Virus record (IMG/VR): IMGVR_UViG_3300035208_003134
Span: 1-64,000 of that record
From: a virus
Lineage: Duplodnaviria; Caudoviricetes
Reading direction: 5' to 3' (one strand)
DNA length: 64,000 nt
Part shown: in pieces, positions 19,984 through 30,152 of the stretch
Layout: each line of letters opens with the position of its first letter
Position numbering within the stretch: position 1 is the stretch's first letter
Program-made: the position numbers and the translations under genes
Notes under the pieces: generated by a model
Databases searched by the model: none
Seen by the model: only the letters and a program-made list of their open reading frames with translations
What the model was told of the DNA's origin: nothing

Positions 19984-20358
19984 CTATTTAATCATTAAAA
20001 TATTGCCGTTGCTCACGGTCAACTTCTTGTAAGCCTTCTCCAACTTCCCAACCACCGGTGCTGGCAGGTCTTTGCGTAGGTACTCAAGAACCTGCTTGAA
20101 GGATGGAGCGCTGACCGAGTCCTGCATATAAAGAAGGTTGTCCGGCTCAACCTTAATGCCTGTAATTCCCCAATCGGAGTGCTGTTCAAGGAAATCAAGC
20201 ACTGCTGACTTGTGCTTGCCTAACTTCTCCTTCTCAACTCCTATTTCCTTGGTCAATTCCTTGACTAAGTTGTTGACCCTGATGGCTGACCTTACGGTAG
20301 CCTTCATATCCTGCCTCAACTCTTCGTACGGTATGTACTTGTTCTCTTTCTCTGCCAT
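19984..20358 (-). CDS. hypothetical coiled-coil protein
   Basis: 124-aa ORF with AGGGGG RBS. Confidence 0.55.
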   Translation of the reverse strand: MAEKENKYIPYEELRQDMKATVRSAIRVNNLVKELTKEIGVEKEKLGKHKSAVLDFLEQHSDWGITGIKVEPDNLLYMQDSVSAPSFKQVLEYLRKDLPAPVVGKLEKAYKKLTVSNGNILMIK

Positions 20359-20368
20359 TTTGCACCCC

Positions 20369-20875
20369 CTACCTATAATTGCCTGTAAGCAACTTTTGTA
20401 CTTTTCTAAAGGTTTTTCTACTTATTAAGGCTTTGTGTGTATTTCTTTTTATTACCCACCTACTCTTAGGAGAAAGCCGGTTGCTTTGCCCTAACCTTCT
20501 ATTTCCTCGTCTCCCCCAAACAGTATCACCAACATATACAGGGTTCATAAGTATTTGCCTAACTGTATGATGAGACCAACGTTTTCCTCTTGTAGTACGC
20601 AACCTTAACTTATTTAGTCGTGTTGCAGTCCTACAAGTATTGCCTTCCTTTAAAAATATTTTGAATAACCTCTTAACCGTCTTCTTATAATAACAATCAA
20701 TTTCTAACTGCACACCTTTGTACTTGTATCCTATTGGTGCGATAGCTCCTATCCTCACTTTTCCTACTCGTTTAGCCAACCCTGCTCTGGTATTCTCACT
20801 AAGGTGGGCTGCGTTGCGAGCGTGGGCTATGATAGCTCGCAAGGTTTGGAAAAAATTTTTAATTTGTAATATCAT
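20369..20875 (-). CDS. stand-alone recombinase DNA-binding domain (large serine recombinase family; no catalytic domain)
   Basis: APIGY..VKRLF..LN..TTRGKRWSHHTVRQILMNPVYVG..THKALIS motifs. Confidence 0.8.
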   Translation of the reverse strand: MILQIKNFFQTLRAIIAHARNAAHLSENTRAGLAKRVGKVRIGAIAPIGYKYKGVQLEIDCYYKKTVKRLFKIFLKEGNTCRTATRLNKLRLRTTRGKRWSHHTVRQILMNPVYVGDTVWGRRGNRRLGQSNRLSPKSRWVIKRNTHKALISRKTFRKVQKLLTGNYR

Positions 20876-21070
20876 TTTGCACCCCCTTATCCTGTATAAA
20901 CTATGTAGCTCAAGCCCATTTGGTCAACCTTGAGACCTTTCATACCCATTTCGGCTATGAAATCATTGGGGTTGTCCACGGTCGCACCGAGGCACACCCT
21001 GCCGAACATATTGCGGCCTGAATATTCCCTCACTTTATAACCAAGGCTCTCTGCTTTTTCCTTAAATTTC

Positions 21071-21499
21071 TTATCTCGTGCTGTCATTTTTTCCTTTCGG
21101 GGCAGGGAGTCTTTTAACCATTTCTCCCATTACCCTCTTATGTAGATATTTGTCAAAAAGTTGGGAAAATCCCTCTCTTAACTCTTGGTCAAGGCTTTGC
21201 TCTATACCGGCGCAGACCACATCGCGGACTTGTAAATAAACCGAGTCTATAATAATCTGTAGCATATCCTCAAATTTAATAGTGCTAAAAGAAGAATACA
21301 AGATTTTTCCTTTATGTTGTTTCATTCCAAAACGCTTTTTCATTTGCTTGGTTATGGGAACATAATAATAATGTCCACTCAACATTACTCTGAAATAAGC
21401 GATAGCCTTTTCTCTTAAATGCTGTGAAAGTTCAATTCCTTTAGGTAATTTATAAATTATTTCATCCATTACAGTTTTCCTTTCATTTTTGCTCGGCAA
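21071..21499 (-). CDS. hypothetical protein
   Basis: ORF within a tightly packed minus-strand operon. Confidence 0.5.
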   Translation of the reverse strand: MPSKNERKTVMDEIIYKLPKGIELSQHLREKAIAYFRVMLSGHYYYVPITKQMKKRFGMKQHKGKILYSSFSTIKFEDMLQIIIDSVYLQVRDVVCAGIEQSLDQELREGFSQLFDKYLHKRVMGEMVKRLPAPKGKNDSTR

Positions 21500-21674
21500 C
21501 GCTTACATTGATAGTTGCCGTTCGTAGGTCTTCCACATTGAATGCAATTTCTTTTCTTACTCATTGCGCGCTCCAATCTTAGTTGGGGCTCACGGCGGTC
21601 GTCTCGGAGGAGGGACTCTTCCGTAAGCCCCAAGCAGGTAAACTGGGAAACCGTGGCTTTTGATTTACCTGCTT

Positions 21675-24365
21675 TTAATTCATATTGTAATAAATGCCTT
21701 CTGCAATTCTCCACCTGTTAGTCTCAATATCAGTTAAGGTAAAGGTCTCACCTTCAACGTCAATGCGAGCTCCGAGGTCAATACCGCCAACTTTACCTAC
21801 GGGCTCACCCTTCTCGGTGTCCGGAGCAGTAGGTACGGCTGTTGGGATGAGCTCTACTGTGAAGCTCTCTTTACCCTTAAGTTCTTCTGTGACTGGTTCA
21901 TCCACTGGTGAGCTTGCCCTTCCCTCTACATTGCCTCTCTTGTGAGAAAGGAACTCTACGCCGTTTTCAAGGCTTACCCTGTAAGGTTGGTCTTCCAAGT
22001 GAATGCCAAACTCACGGTCGGCGCGGAACTTCTCAAGTATGATGTTGAAGCCCTGTTCACGGAGCAAGCAACCTTGGCAGTTGGTGGTCTCAAACTTCAA
22101 GCTTATTTGACGGTGGAGCATTTCCTTAAATGAAGTAAAATAAACATCGCCTACCCTGACAGCCGGTCGCTCGTTTATGGGCTGTCCGGCGTAATCACAG
22201 AGGTGGAACACGCCGTAAGGGTTCATATTAGCTTTAATTACTTTCATTTCACAATATTTGGCTTGCTCCAAGTCCGGCAGGGCTTGCTTCCCACCCTCAA
22301 GTTCTTCCCTTGAAAGAGCCCTGATGTCCACATTCATTTTACCGTATTTGCCCGAAGCTATGTTAGCTCTCAAGGTCTCAATAGTGGTAAGTATAGTCTC
22401 AATCTCTTCGGGCGTGTATTTCCTGACCATACCTGCGATGTCGGAGTTGAAGGCTATAAAGTCAACGCCCATTTCCTTGGCGTTATCAGCGGCCTGAAGG
22501 ATTTCTTGGTAGTTCCAAGGATTGACGAGGAAGCTTACACCTATGCTTAAGGATGAACCTTCCCTATTCCTTAAGGTTACAAACGCGCGTACGTTGTTCC
22601 TTACTCTGTCAAAGAAATCAGCCCTTATGCCTTGCACTGTATGGTAAGTCTCTGGAGTAGCGGCGTTAATGCTAATCCTAACCCACTTTGCACCGAGCAA
22701 CTTGGGCTGAAATTCAGGTATAAGGTTAATCCCGTTGGTATAGAGCTTCACGAGCAACCCTCTATCCGTGGCGTACTTAATGACATCAGCCGTGGTTGGG
22801 TTGGTGAAGGGCTCTTTACCACCGGAGACCCAAAACTCTTTGACGTCATTGTCTGCCCATTCGTCAATCAACTGCTTGGACTTTTCAATTTCAATTAGCC
22901 CTCTTTTTCCTTTATCCGCATACTGCAGACCCTTGTTGTAGCAGAACACGCAGTCGGAGTTGCAAGTTTCTCCTGGGTGCCATTCAACTATAATAGGATA
23001 AGTTAGCTGATTATTGAACGCGCGCTCCAACCTTTCAGAATATTTAAGTAAATATTTGGTGGTGTACTCAACGAGCCTTGAGTACCGGCTCTCTTCGGTC
23101 ACGACTTCTTGTAGGGTCGGTGAGTCCTTGATTACACGGTAGATTTCCCTTAATTCGGTCACATTTACACCTACCCTATTAGCCAAGTCCTTGGACTTGT
23201 GGTCTGGTCTTGAGTAGAGCTGATGAACGATTTCAAGGCAGGGGGTTTCTAATCTGGGTGTAAGCCTCAAGCCTTCCTCTTTGAGTATTGCTCTCAATAC
23301 CCCAAGTGCCTCATTTTGCCTTGAGACCAGATAATTGTAGGAAGTGTCGCTGAAGATGTTCACGAGCTTACGGGCTTGCTCTACATTGCCTACGAGCCCT
23401 CGTTCGTTTACTCCTATCGGGCTTGAGGCTCTGTCGGCTCGCTTGACTTCAATCCATTTTCTCGGCTCTTCAAAGCTTACGCCACCCCAAGTCCTGTTAG
23501 TCCGGTCTTTATAGTCGTGCTCTTTGAAGCTAATTAGGTACTTGTCCCAAATGTTGTATTTCATATTAGAGTCGGCAATTTCAAATGAGCCGACCTTGTT
23601 TGAGTTTATGCTCCAATGGTAAATGGTGTTAAGGAATTTATTCTTAAACCAAATACCGCAGACTACTGCCCTAAAGATTTGGCGCGTCGGTGCGAAATGG
23701 GTGTCCTTTAATACATACTCTCTAACAGTCGGAAGTATAAACTTGTCGGCTCTCTCTTGAAAGCCAAAGACCCCTTCTTTAATCTTCTCTTGATTTACGC
23801 TTAGGTCGGCTTGCCTGATGTACATTTCTCTACCGCTATCTTCAATAAGGACTTTGTCGGGGACAATCCAAGACCGCATATTTGATGAGAGCCTTATGTC
23901 CTTACCGTAGAGGTCTATCATATTCCAAAATTTTTCTCCGGACTCACTTGCAGGGTGAAAAGCTGTTGCTGTGGCGTGCTTAAGGAGCAAGTCCTGCTCA
24001 AGCATTACCCTGCCAAGCTCTGTCCTTCCTAAATAAAAAGGGGCAATCCGGTTGCGTTCGTCGTCTCTTAGGTTGACCCAAAGGTCTTTTTCCGGTACTA
24101 CAACTGCCGTCAAGAAGCTGTCAACCATAAGCCTCTTTTCCTTTTCGGTCATTATCCCATTGGTGTAAAAGGTCACGGTGTTGGGGGGTATCACTCTGAC
24201 GCCCACTATGCTTACTTCCTGCGCGAGTTCAATAGGCGGAAGCAGGTTGTTAACTTCCTTTTCTGTGTTCAGCTTGTCAAAGATAACCGGCAATGAAATA
24301 GCCAAAGCCAAGAACAAGCAACCAATGAGGATTATTTTTCCGGTAGTTAGGTGTTTTCTACTCAT
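21675..24365 (-). CDS. membrane-anchored multidomain protein with a radical SAM (DesII-like) cargo domain
   Basis: N-terminal TM; CxxxCxxC (CNSDCVFC), SGGKEP, YTNG, RISINAA, SPASM/Twitch-type Cys; RASSP x2; C-terminal GGIDL. Confidence 0.8.
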   Translation of the reverse strand: MSRKHLTTGKIILIGCLFLALAISLPVIFDKLNTEKEVNNLLPPIELAQEVSIVGVRVIPPNTVTFYTNGIMTEKEKRLMVDSFLTAVVVPEKDLWVNLRDDERNRIAPFYLGRTELGRVMLEQDLLLKHATATAFHPASESGEKFWNMIDLYGKDIRLSSNMRSWIVPDKVLIEDSGREMYIRQADLSVNQEKIKEGVFGFQERADKFILPTVREYVLKDTHFAPTRQIFRAVVCGIWFKNKFLNTIYHWSINSNKVGSFEIADSNMKYNIWDKYLISFKEHDYKDRTNRTWGGVSFEEPRKWIEVKRADRASSPIGVNERGLVGNVEQARKLVNIFSDTSYNYLVSRQNEALGVLRAILKEEGLRLTPRLETPCLEIVHQLYSRPDHKSKDLANRVGVNVTELREIYRVIKDSPTLQEVVTEESRYSRLVEYTTKYLLKYSERLERAFNNQLTYPIIVEWHPGETCNSDCVFCYNKGLQYADKGKRGLIEIEKSKQLIDEWADNDVKEFWVSGGKEPFTNPTTADVIKYATDRGLLVKLYTNGINLIPEFQPKLLGAKWVRISINAATPETYHTVQGIRADFFDRVRNNVRAFVTLRNREGSSLSIGVSFLVNPWNYQEILQAADNAKEMGVDFIAFNSDIAGMVRKYTPEEIETILTTIETLRANIASGKYGKMNVDIRALSREELEGGKQALPDLEQAKYCEMKVIKANMNPYGVFHLCDYAGQPINERPAVRVGDVYFTSFKEMLHRQISLKFETTNCQGCLLREQGFNIILEKFRADREFGIHLEDQPYRVSLENGVEFLSHKRGNVEGRASSPVDEPVTEELKGKESFTVELIPTAVPTAPDTEKGEPVGKVGGIDLGARIDVEGETFTLTDIETNRWRIAEGIYYNMN

Positions 24366-24595
24366 TTGACCCCCCTATGTTTACCCACCCTTCTGTCTTT
24401 AATGTCCTGTTGTTTATCTTGTGGATGCTACGCCTTAAGTACCGGCTCATTACGGCTGTCCTTTTAAGCAGGGGCAACTTCCTCAAGCGCCAAAGCATAT
24501 AGAGTGCCCAAAAACGAAACTTAATTTTGGAACACAACCAAAAACCATTAGTAATAATCATTAGTTACCCCCCTTCCTTTATACCTTCTAATACA

Positions 24596-24625
24596 AGCTT
24601 AACACACGAAATGCCATTTTGTCAA
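24596..24625 (-). promoter_or_regulatory. sigma70-type promoter
   Basis: TTGACA-N18-TAAGCT on the minus strand upstream of 24561/24365. Confidence 0.55.
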
Positions 24626-25085
24626 GTCCTACACGCACGCTGTATTATAATAGAGCAATGCCAAAGAGCACTTGTTTATTCGGGCTTAATACGTTGAAAG
24701 CCCAACACTTTTACGATTTCCGGTGGTACGAGTTCAATATGTAACAAATTTAACATTTGTGTTTCTGTTACTTCTTTAGTGGTAACTATTTCAACCAAAA
24801 ATTTAAACTTCTTCTGTTTTTTAGCCATTTTTCTCCTTTAGTTAATGGTAATAATTTCACCTTCGTAATAGTTAAGTATAAGCTCAAGCTTCTTTTCTTC
24901 CCGTGGGCTCAAGAACCCTGCGTACCTCTTACCCAATAACCTGTAGGTGTAGTAGGAATAGTGCGTCTTTTGGTGTAAAAAGGTGTTAGGCGTGATACTC
25001 CGGTTGCCACATCGGTGGAAAGTTTGGAGAGCTTTGGCCGCCCGTGCCCTATCTTTTTCATTTTGCGCCCAATCAAACAACATAG

Positions 25086-25790
25086 CTACCCCCTTTGTTT
25101 ATGCTTAATATGCTCAATCTGTGCATTGTGGTCGTTAAGTTTTTTGACAGCAGTCTCAAGGATTTTGCCCTGCTCGGTGATGAATTCCGGTGCGATGTCA
25201 TTTAGAGCCCTCTTCTCTGCGTCATAGTTCATTTTGCTTAACTCCTTGCGGTGAAGCTCGGAGTAAATATCTTTGGCAAATTTCTTCTTGAGGATTTGGT
25301 GAGCGTCATTAATGTAGGTGTGCCAATGACCGCCTAATTCTTCCTTTTTATACATAATGCTTATGCGGTATTTGACATCACTCCACCGGTAGCTTGAAGC
25401 CGAGGTCTGGCTTTTAGAGGCTGTGATATAGAAGTCCTTATTCCTAAATAGGATGACCTTATCAGGGAGTTCATTGAGCTCTTTAATTGTGGCTTGCTTG
25501 TTGTCTTCATCCCTGATGTCTTGCTTCCCTACTCTGGCTTCCCACTCCTCAACCCTACCACGGATGGCTACTCTCTTGTTCCGGTCGCCCCGACTGTCAT
25601 CCTCACTTGACTCCAAGATTACGAAGTCCGTGATATGGGCTAACTTAGCGACTTGCAGGGCATCTTCTACTGAAGACAGGCTCAAGTTAATCGTGCCGGA
25701 ATTTAGGGTGATGTCCTTGTCATACTCGTGCTCTTGAATTGAATACTTCTCAATGTAGTAAGCTGTTTTGTTTTCCTGTTTGTGTATCAT
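25086..25790 (-). CDS. hypothetical protein
   Basis: 234-aa ORF with GAGGGG RBS. Confidence 0.6.
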   Translation of the reverse strand: MIHKQENKTAYYIEKYSIQEHEYDKDITLNSGTINLSLSSVEDALQVAKLAHITDFVILESSEDDSRGDRNKRVAIRGRVEEWEARVGKQDIRDEDNKQATIKELNELPDKVILFRNKDFYITASKSQTSASSYRWSDVKYRISIMYKKEELGGHWHTYINDAHQILKKKFAKDIYSELHRKELSKMNYDAEKRALNDIAPEFITEQGKILETAVKKLNDHNAQIEHIKHKQRG

Positions 25791-26093
25791 TTTGCCCCTC
25801 TTTTCTTAAATGCTCTGCTAAGGTCATACTTGTATAGGTTGTCTTCCAATTCTTTTAAGTGCCTCTTCTGCCTCATTTTTCCAAATAAGCAGTCGTCAAT
25901 GAGTACTCCAACGAAGCAGAGCCCGAACACTGTGATTATAATTGAAACTACCTCGTAAATTGTAATTAGGGTTTTCATTGTCTTGCTCCTTTCCGCCTCA
26001 ACCATTCTTCAGCTACTTCCGGCATAAACAAACAGCAGTAGAGGAAGTTCTTAAAATCAAATAGACTGAATGGTGGATAATCCCTTTTCATAT

Positions 26094-26504
26094 TTACCCC
26101 TTAGTTGCCATTTTAACTTCTCTTTTCCTAAATTCGTCTCCGCGCTTCTCAACTATGTCCCCAACTTGGAAGAAGTCGGCTACACGAGCCAATTCCTTGG
26201 CGTCTTCTTCTGCTATATCAGCAACCTTAATCTTAATCCCCACATCGCCCCAACCGGCTTTAATCAGGCTATCTTGAATTTTGGCGATTAAGTCCGAGAC
26301 TGTGATAGGCAAGTCCACGACCTTAAAAGTGGTGGTTGCTTTGTGGCTCTCTAACCCTGCAAGTGCACGCCTACATCCACAATTACCATCAACCTCTTCT
26401 CCGTCACATTCAGTACCAAACCCAACAAGTTCACCCTCGTTGCAAAAGCCGAAGTCGTTCTTGCGATAACCCTGTGTCTCTTTGGTAGCTACGAATACTC
26501 TCAT
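26094..26504 (-). CDS. conserved phage hypothetical (Cys-containing)
   Basis: VATKETQG.RKNDF..EGELV..C..CGCRR pattern. Confidence 0.6.
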   Translation of the reverse strand: MRVFVATKETQGYRKNDFGFCNEGELVGFGTECDGEEVDGNCGCRRALAGLESHKATTTFKVVDLPITVSDLIAKIQDSLIKAGWGDVGIKIKVADIAEEDAKELARVADFFQVGDIVEKRGDEFRKREVKMATKG

Positions 26505-27119
26505 TTTGCCCCCCTCTCTTTGACCCCTAAAGTACCTGTTAAATGGCTTAGCGCCAAATCTGTTCTCCTACAAATTTCATACCAAAAATTTAACCTTCCG
26601 GTTGTCATAAAGACATAATATTTGCCATTTGAGCCTCGCATATAAAGGTTATATGGGACTTTGGTAAGGCTCTTCGCCACGAAAAAGGAAACTAAAAGAA
26701 CGGCTATTATTACTAATATTGTGCGTCTCATTTGTCCCTCTCTATTTTTAAGTTCTGTGCGTCTTTAGCTACATACTCAAACTCGTGAAGCTCTATTTTA
26801 CCGGTGAGGGGATTTTTGAGCTGTAATTGGATTTTACCTTTTTGAACATCCAAATGTTCAATCTCCTCACGCTCAAGTATCTCACCTGCTTGTTTTAACC
26901 AAGCTTTAATTCTCATTTTACACCTTCCAATAAGTTGTTATAGTTGCCGTTTATTTTAAGGAAGCACCGCTCTAATTTCTTGAGTTGCTCTGCGGTGAGT
27001 TCCTTTTTAATGTCGTCAACATTGCTCATCATTTCAATCAGTAAAGCCTTTTCCTTGTCTATCATTGATGCCCCCCTCGTGATTGACCCTTTAAGGTTTC
27101 CCTTTCCCCTTCCAATAAA

Positions 27120-27149
27120 AGTATAACACATAGACTATACCTTTGTCAA
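27120..27149 (-). promoter_or_regulatory. leftward sigma70 promoter of a divergent pair
   Basis: TTGACA-N18-TATACT on the minus strand. Confidence 0.7.
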
Positions 27150-27373
27150 GTATTTCGGATGTGTAGAGCTATTTAGGATTATACTTTCTCAACCGGTTGT
27201 ATATGCTCCAGGATGGGGTTTGCCGGACAGCTTTTTGTCCCAGGATGGATATTTTGGGCTTTAGAGGTATTTTTCTCAACCGGTAGTAGTGTCAGAACCC
27301 TTCGGAAGGCATTCAGAGGTATTTTAAGGCATTTTAAATGCCATTTGAACTTGCTGAAGGTAGAGGGGGGTAC

Positions 27374-27402
27374 TTGACAAAGGCGTTTCTCTGTGTTATA
27401 CT
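27374..27402 (+). promoter_or_regulatory. rightward sigma70 promoter of a divergent pair
   Basis: TTGACA-N17-TATACT; near-inverted copy of the leftward promoter. Confidence 0.75.
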
Positions 27403-27450
27403 TTTCGTGGAGACTAACGGTTTAATGAAGGTAGAAGAAGGGGAGAAACG

Positions 27451-27663
27451 ATGAAAGAAACAATTAGAATTAAAATAGACGACAGCAAGCGTTCTGTCTA
27501 TAAAAAGGATTACATTAAGGCTAAGACCAAACAGTTACAAGAGTTTGGCTATGCGTCTTTAACGGAAAAAGAAACGGAAGAACAGCTTAACAAAGCCCTA
27601 AAAGGTGATACCGATTTAACAGTAATTGGTATGTTTATCAAGGAAGATATTGATATCAACTAA
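27451..27663 (+). CDS. hypothetical protein
   Basis: First ORF after the promoter; GGGGAG RBS. Confidence 0.55.
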   Translation: MKETIRIKIDDSKRSVYKKDYIKAKTKQLQEFGYASLTEKETEEQLNKALKGDTDLTVIGMFIKEDIDIN

Positions 27664-27672
27664 GGAGAAGCG

Positions 27673-27912
27673 ATGACAAGAGCAGTTGGAGATAACTTCA
27701 GTAAGGTCTTAACACCGGCAAATTTAAGGAAGTGGTACTTGAAGGACGGGCTCTCGCAGGTCGTGATTGCGGAGAAGCTCGGTTGTTCTAAGCATTTAGT
27801 CAGCTTTTATATGCGCAGATACAAGATACCGCGCCGGAAAGTCCGTGACTATGTGATTTTGGGTATTCGCAGGTCTCCGGTGCGTAAATACCAACGCATA
27901 AAGGAAGTATAA
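27673..27912 (+). CDS. helix-turn-helix DNA-binding protein
   Basis: LRKWYLKDGLSQVVIAEKLGCSKHLVSFYMRRYKI. Confidence 0.75.
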   Translation: MTRAVGDNFSKVLTPANLRKWYLKDGLSQVVIAEKLGCSKHLVSFYMRRYKIPRRKVRDYVILGIRRSPVRKYQRIKEV

Positions 27913-27920
27913 AGAACTAC

Positions 27921-27949
27921 TTGACAAATTGCACAAGCTGTGCTAAAAT
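27921..27949 (+). promoter_or_regulatory. sigma70-type promoter (GAACTAC class)
   Basis: GAACTAC-TTGACA-N17-TAAAAT. Confidence 0.75.
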
Positions 27950-28008
27950 GGTTTTGTTTCAGGGAGATGTCTGGCAGAGGTTTTGAGGTGAGTTAAAACG
28001 GAGTTACA

Positions 28009-28575
28009 ATGCGGAAATACAACATTATGGTTGACATTGACGGTGTCGTCTTCAATTTGTTGAAGCGGTACTGCCACTTTTACAACCGAGATTTCGGAAC
28101 TGGCATCCAATGGGATGCCATTTCTGTATATGATATGACCAAGACCTTCAAGCTTCTTGGCAAAGATGTTTACAGGTATTTAAGGCGACCGGACTTCTAC
28201 CGGTCAAAGCAGTATCTCCTACCTCACGCTGTAGCTTCAATCAACTACTTAAACAAGGTAGCCAACGTCTTCTTTATTACAGCAACCGTAACCCACGAGT
28301 CGGCGCGCTCCAAGAGCGTCCTGCTGAACCGGTGCTTTGATTGGTATGGCATAACTAAGCATTACATATGCTCAAGCCGGAAGTCCATAATTAAGCTCCC
28401 ACGTAAGATTATCATTGACGACAGCCCTGCGGTCTTTGACTATGAAAAAGGGGCTATTAAGATTTGCTATGCTTGGGAATACAACAGGCATTTAAAGGAT
28501 AAAGTTGACTTGTACACTGACGATTGGGTTGAGATAATTGAATTTATAAAAAGGAGAGTGAAATGCTTAAGTTGA
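28009..28575 (+). CDS. 5'(3')-deoxyribonucleotidase (HAD, NT5C-like)
   Basis: VDIDGV, FITA, IIDDSP, WEYNR motifs. Confidence 0.85.
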   Translation: MRKYNIMVDIDGVVFNLLKRYCHFYNRDFGTGIQWDAISVYDMTKTFKLLGKDVYRYLRRPDFYRSKQYLLPHAVASINYLNKVANVFFITATVTHESARSKSVLLNRCFDWYGITKHYICSSRKSIIKLPRKIIIDDSPAVFDYEKGAIKICYAWEYNRHLKDKVDLYTDDWVEIIEFIKRRVKCLS

Positions 28576-29279
28576 TAAGCTTGAATTGCGTGGTCTGCCA
28601 TAACGATTTTCCCATTAACACGAACAATGAGAAAATGTATGAGTCGCCGATAGTTAGGGAGAACGCAGTTTGCAATTCTTGCTTGACTGAAGTTGTTAGG
28701 ATTAGGGTATCCTTGGTCTGTGCCAAGTGTAAGACGCCTTTTCAGACCAAGGTGCTTGCAATTAATAAGGACAAGTACACTGACAAATGGCTCTGCCCCT
28801 TGTGCGTGAGCAACGGAGCACCCAAGACCGAAGTGCATAATAAGAGGGACTGCGCCGAACTGAACTGTCCGGAGTGTAGGGTCAAGCGCGGTGTTTGTTC
28901 CCAACCCAAGCTTAATTGCACGCTCTCAAGAGGCTTTGTTCCCTTTGGTAATGGGGACTTGTACTCAACGCGTAAGGAATGTACCATACTGTCTGTGCAT
29001 TGCATTGATAAGGACAGGGACGACATCCACTGCTTTGGCTACACTCCTTTATACAAATCTGAATATTCAATTTCTCCGAGCAACTTTGTTATCATAAAAC
29101 AGCGTGTTGGCTCAAGGAAGCAGTTCGTCACTAACATTATTGTTTATAGGTACAACCAAGGCGGCCGGAAGTTTGAGGTTGCCCTGAACAAGAAGTTTGA
29201 TAGGGGTGCGGATTGGATATTGCCGGTCAAGGATTTTTTATTAGGAAGACAGGCGGTGGCGTGTGGACAAAAAGTATGA
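28563..29279 (+). CDS. Cys-rich multi-zinc-ribbon protein
   Basis: Five CxxC pairs in the N-terminal half. Confidence 0.55.
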   Translation: MLKLISLNCVVCHNDFPINTNNEKMYESPIVRENAVCNSCLTEVVRIRVSLVCAKCKTPFQTKVLAINKDKYTDKWLCPLCVSNGAPKTEVHNKRDCAELNCPECRVKRGVCSQPKLNCTLSRGFVPFGNGDLYSTRKECTILSVHCIDKDRDDIHCFGYTPLYKSEYSISPSNFVIIKQRVGSRKQFVTNIIVYRYNQGGRKFEVALNKKFDRGADWILPVKDFLLGRQAVACGQKV

Positions 29280-29520
29280 CGGGCTTATTCAAGTTTTAGG
29301 TGCAGTAGGAATTGGCGTACTCGTAGTTGTGTATATATTAATCGTGGCATTAAAATAGGGGGTCAAAATGTGGAAAGCAACAATAGTTATGGCAGGGGAT
29401 GAATTGCGCAAAGTTGAAATGCAAGCCGAGCGTTTGCATTCTTTGGTTGATATGATTTCGGATTGTATTAATGAGAAGGAGACCAAAGAGATACACATTT
29501 GGATTGAGCCAAAATAGGGG

Positions 29521-29871
29521 GTGATTATGGAAAAGCATATGTTGAATGTGGAAGTAACTTTGGAGAATTACCCAAAGATACTGAATGTTCTAATGAAGTC
29601 TCTCCTGCTTGATACTATGCAGAAGGTAATGAGAGACCCGTCTAACCACGAGACTGGCAAGGTTTTGGCTTCAATAATGACCGAGACGTCTAATTTCGCT
29701 TGCAGGGTAGTCTCTACGCATTTGTCTTGTCTTCCTAAAGAGGAGCAGGAAAAGGCTGTAAAGATGTTTATGGAGTCCTTTGAAGCCGACTTGCACCAGA
29801 ACTTAGAGATAAATACAGATGTGCAGAGGGTAGTGGAAGATTTGTTAAGAAGAGAGGGCAAGATAAAATGA
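29521..29871 (+). CDS. hypothetical protein
   Basis: Helical ORF with GGGGGTG RBS. Confidence 0.5.
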   Translation: MIMEKHMLNVEVTLENYPKILNVLMKSLLLDTMQKVMRDPSNHETGKVLASIMTETSNFACRVVSTHLSCLPKEEQEKAVKMFMESFEADLHQNLEINTDVQRVVEDLLRREGKIK

Positions 29872-30152
29872 AATATCAAGAAGTCGGGCGGCCTAAAAAG
29901 ATAAAGGAAGGGCAGTTACGGGTTTGGCATATTCCTCAAGTCCCTATGCACGCATTTAGGGTTTATGTTGAGAGCATTAAGGAAGCCAAGAAAATGATTG
30001 AAGTCTTGGCTGTCTATGACCTTTTCCAATATGAGTATAAGGTCAAGCCGGATTACAGTAATGTGAACGGTCTGCAGGTTTATAAAGACGGCGAATGGGT
30101 TGATTGGGAAGACGAGGAAGGCAACGATATTGACGATACAGAATTGGAGTAG
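29868..30152 (+). CDS. P22 gp17-like anti-exclusion protein
   Basis: LRVWHIPQVPM..F..YDLFQY...KPDYSNVNGL..WVDW matches the P22 gp17 family pattern as I recall it. Confidence 0.7.
   Translation: MKYQEVGRPKKIKEGQLRVWHIPQVPMHAFRVYVESIKEAKKMIEVLAVYDLFQYEYKVKPDYSNVNGLQVYKDGEWVDWEDEEGNDIDDTELE

Noticed and set aside
20369-20875. Functional integrase indicating a prophage
   Set aside because: No catalytic serine domain, and no host genes or att boundary visible in the window.
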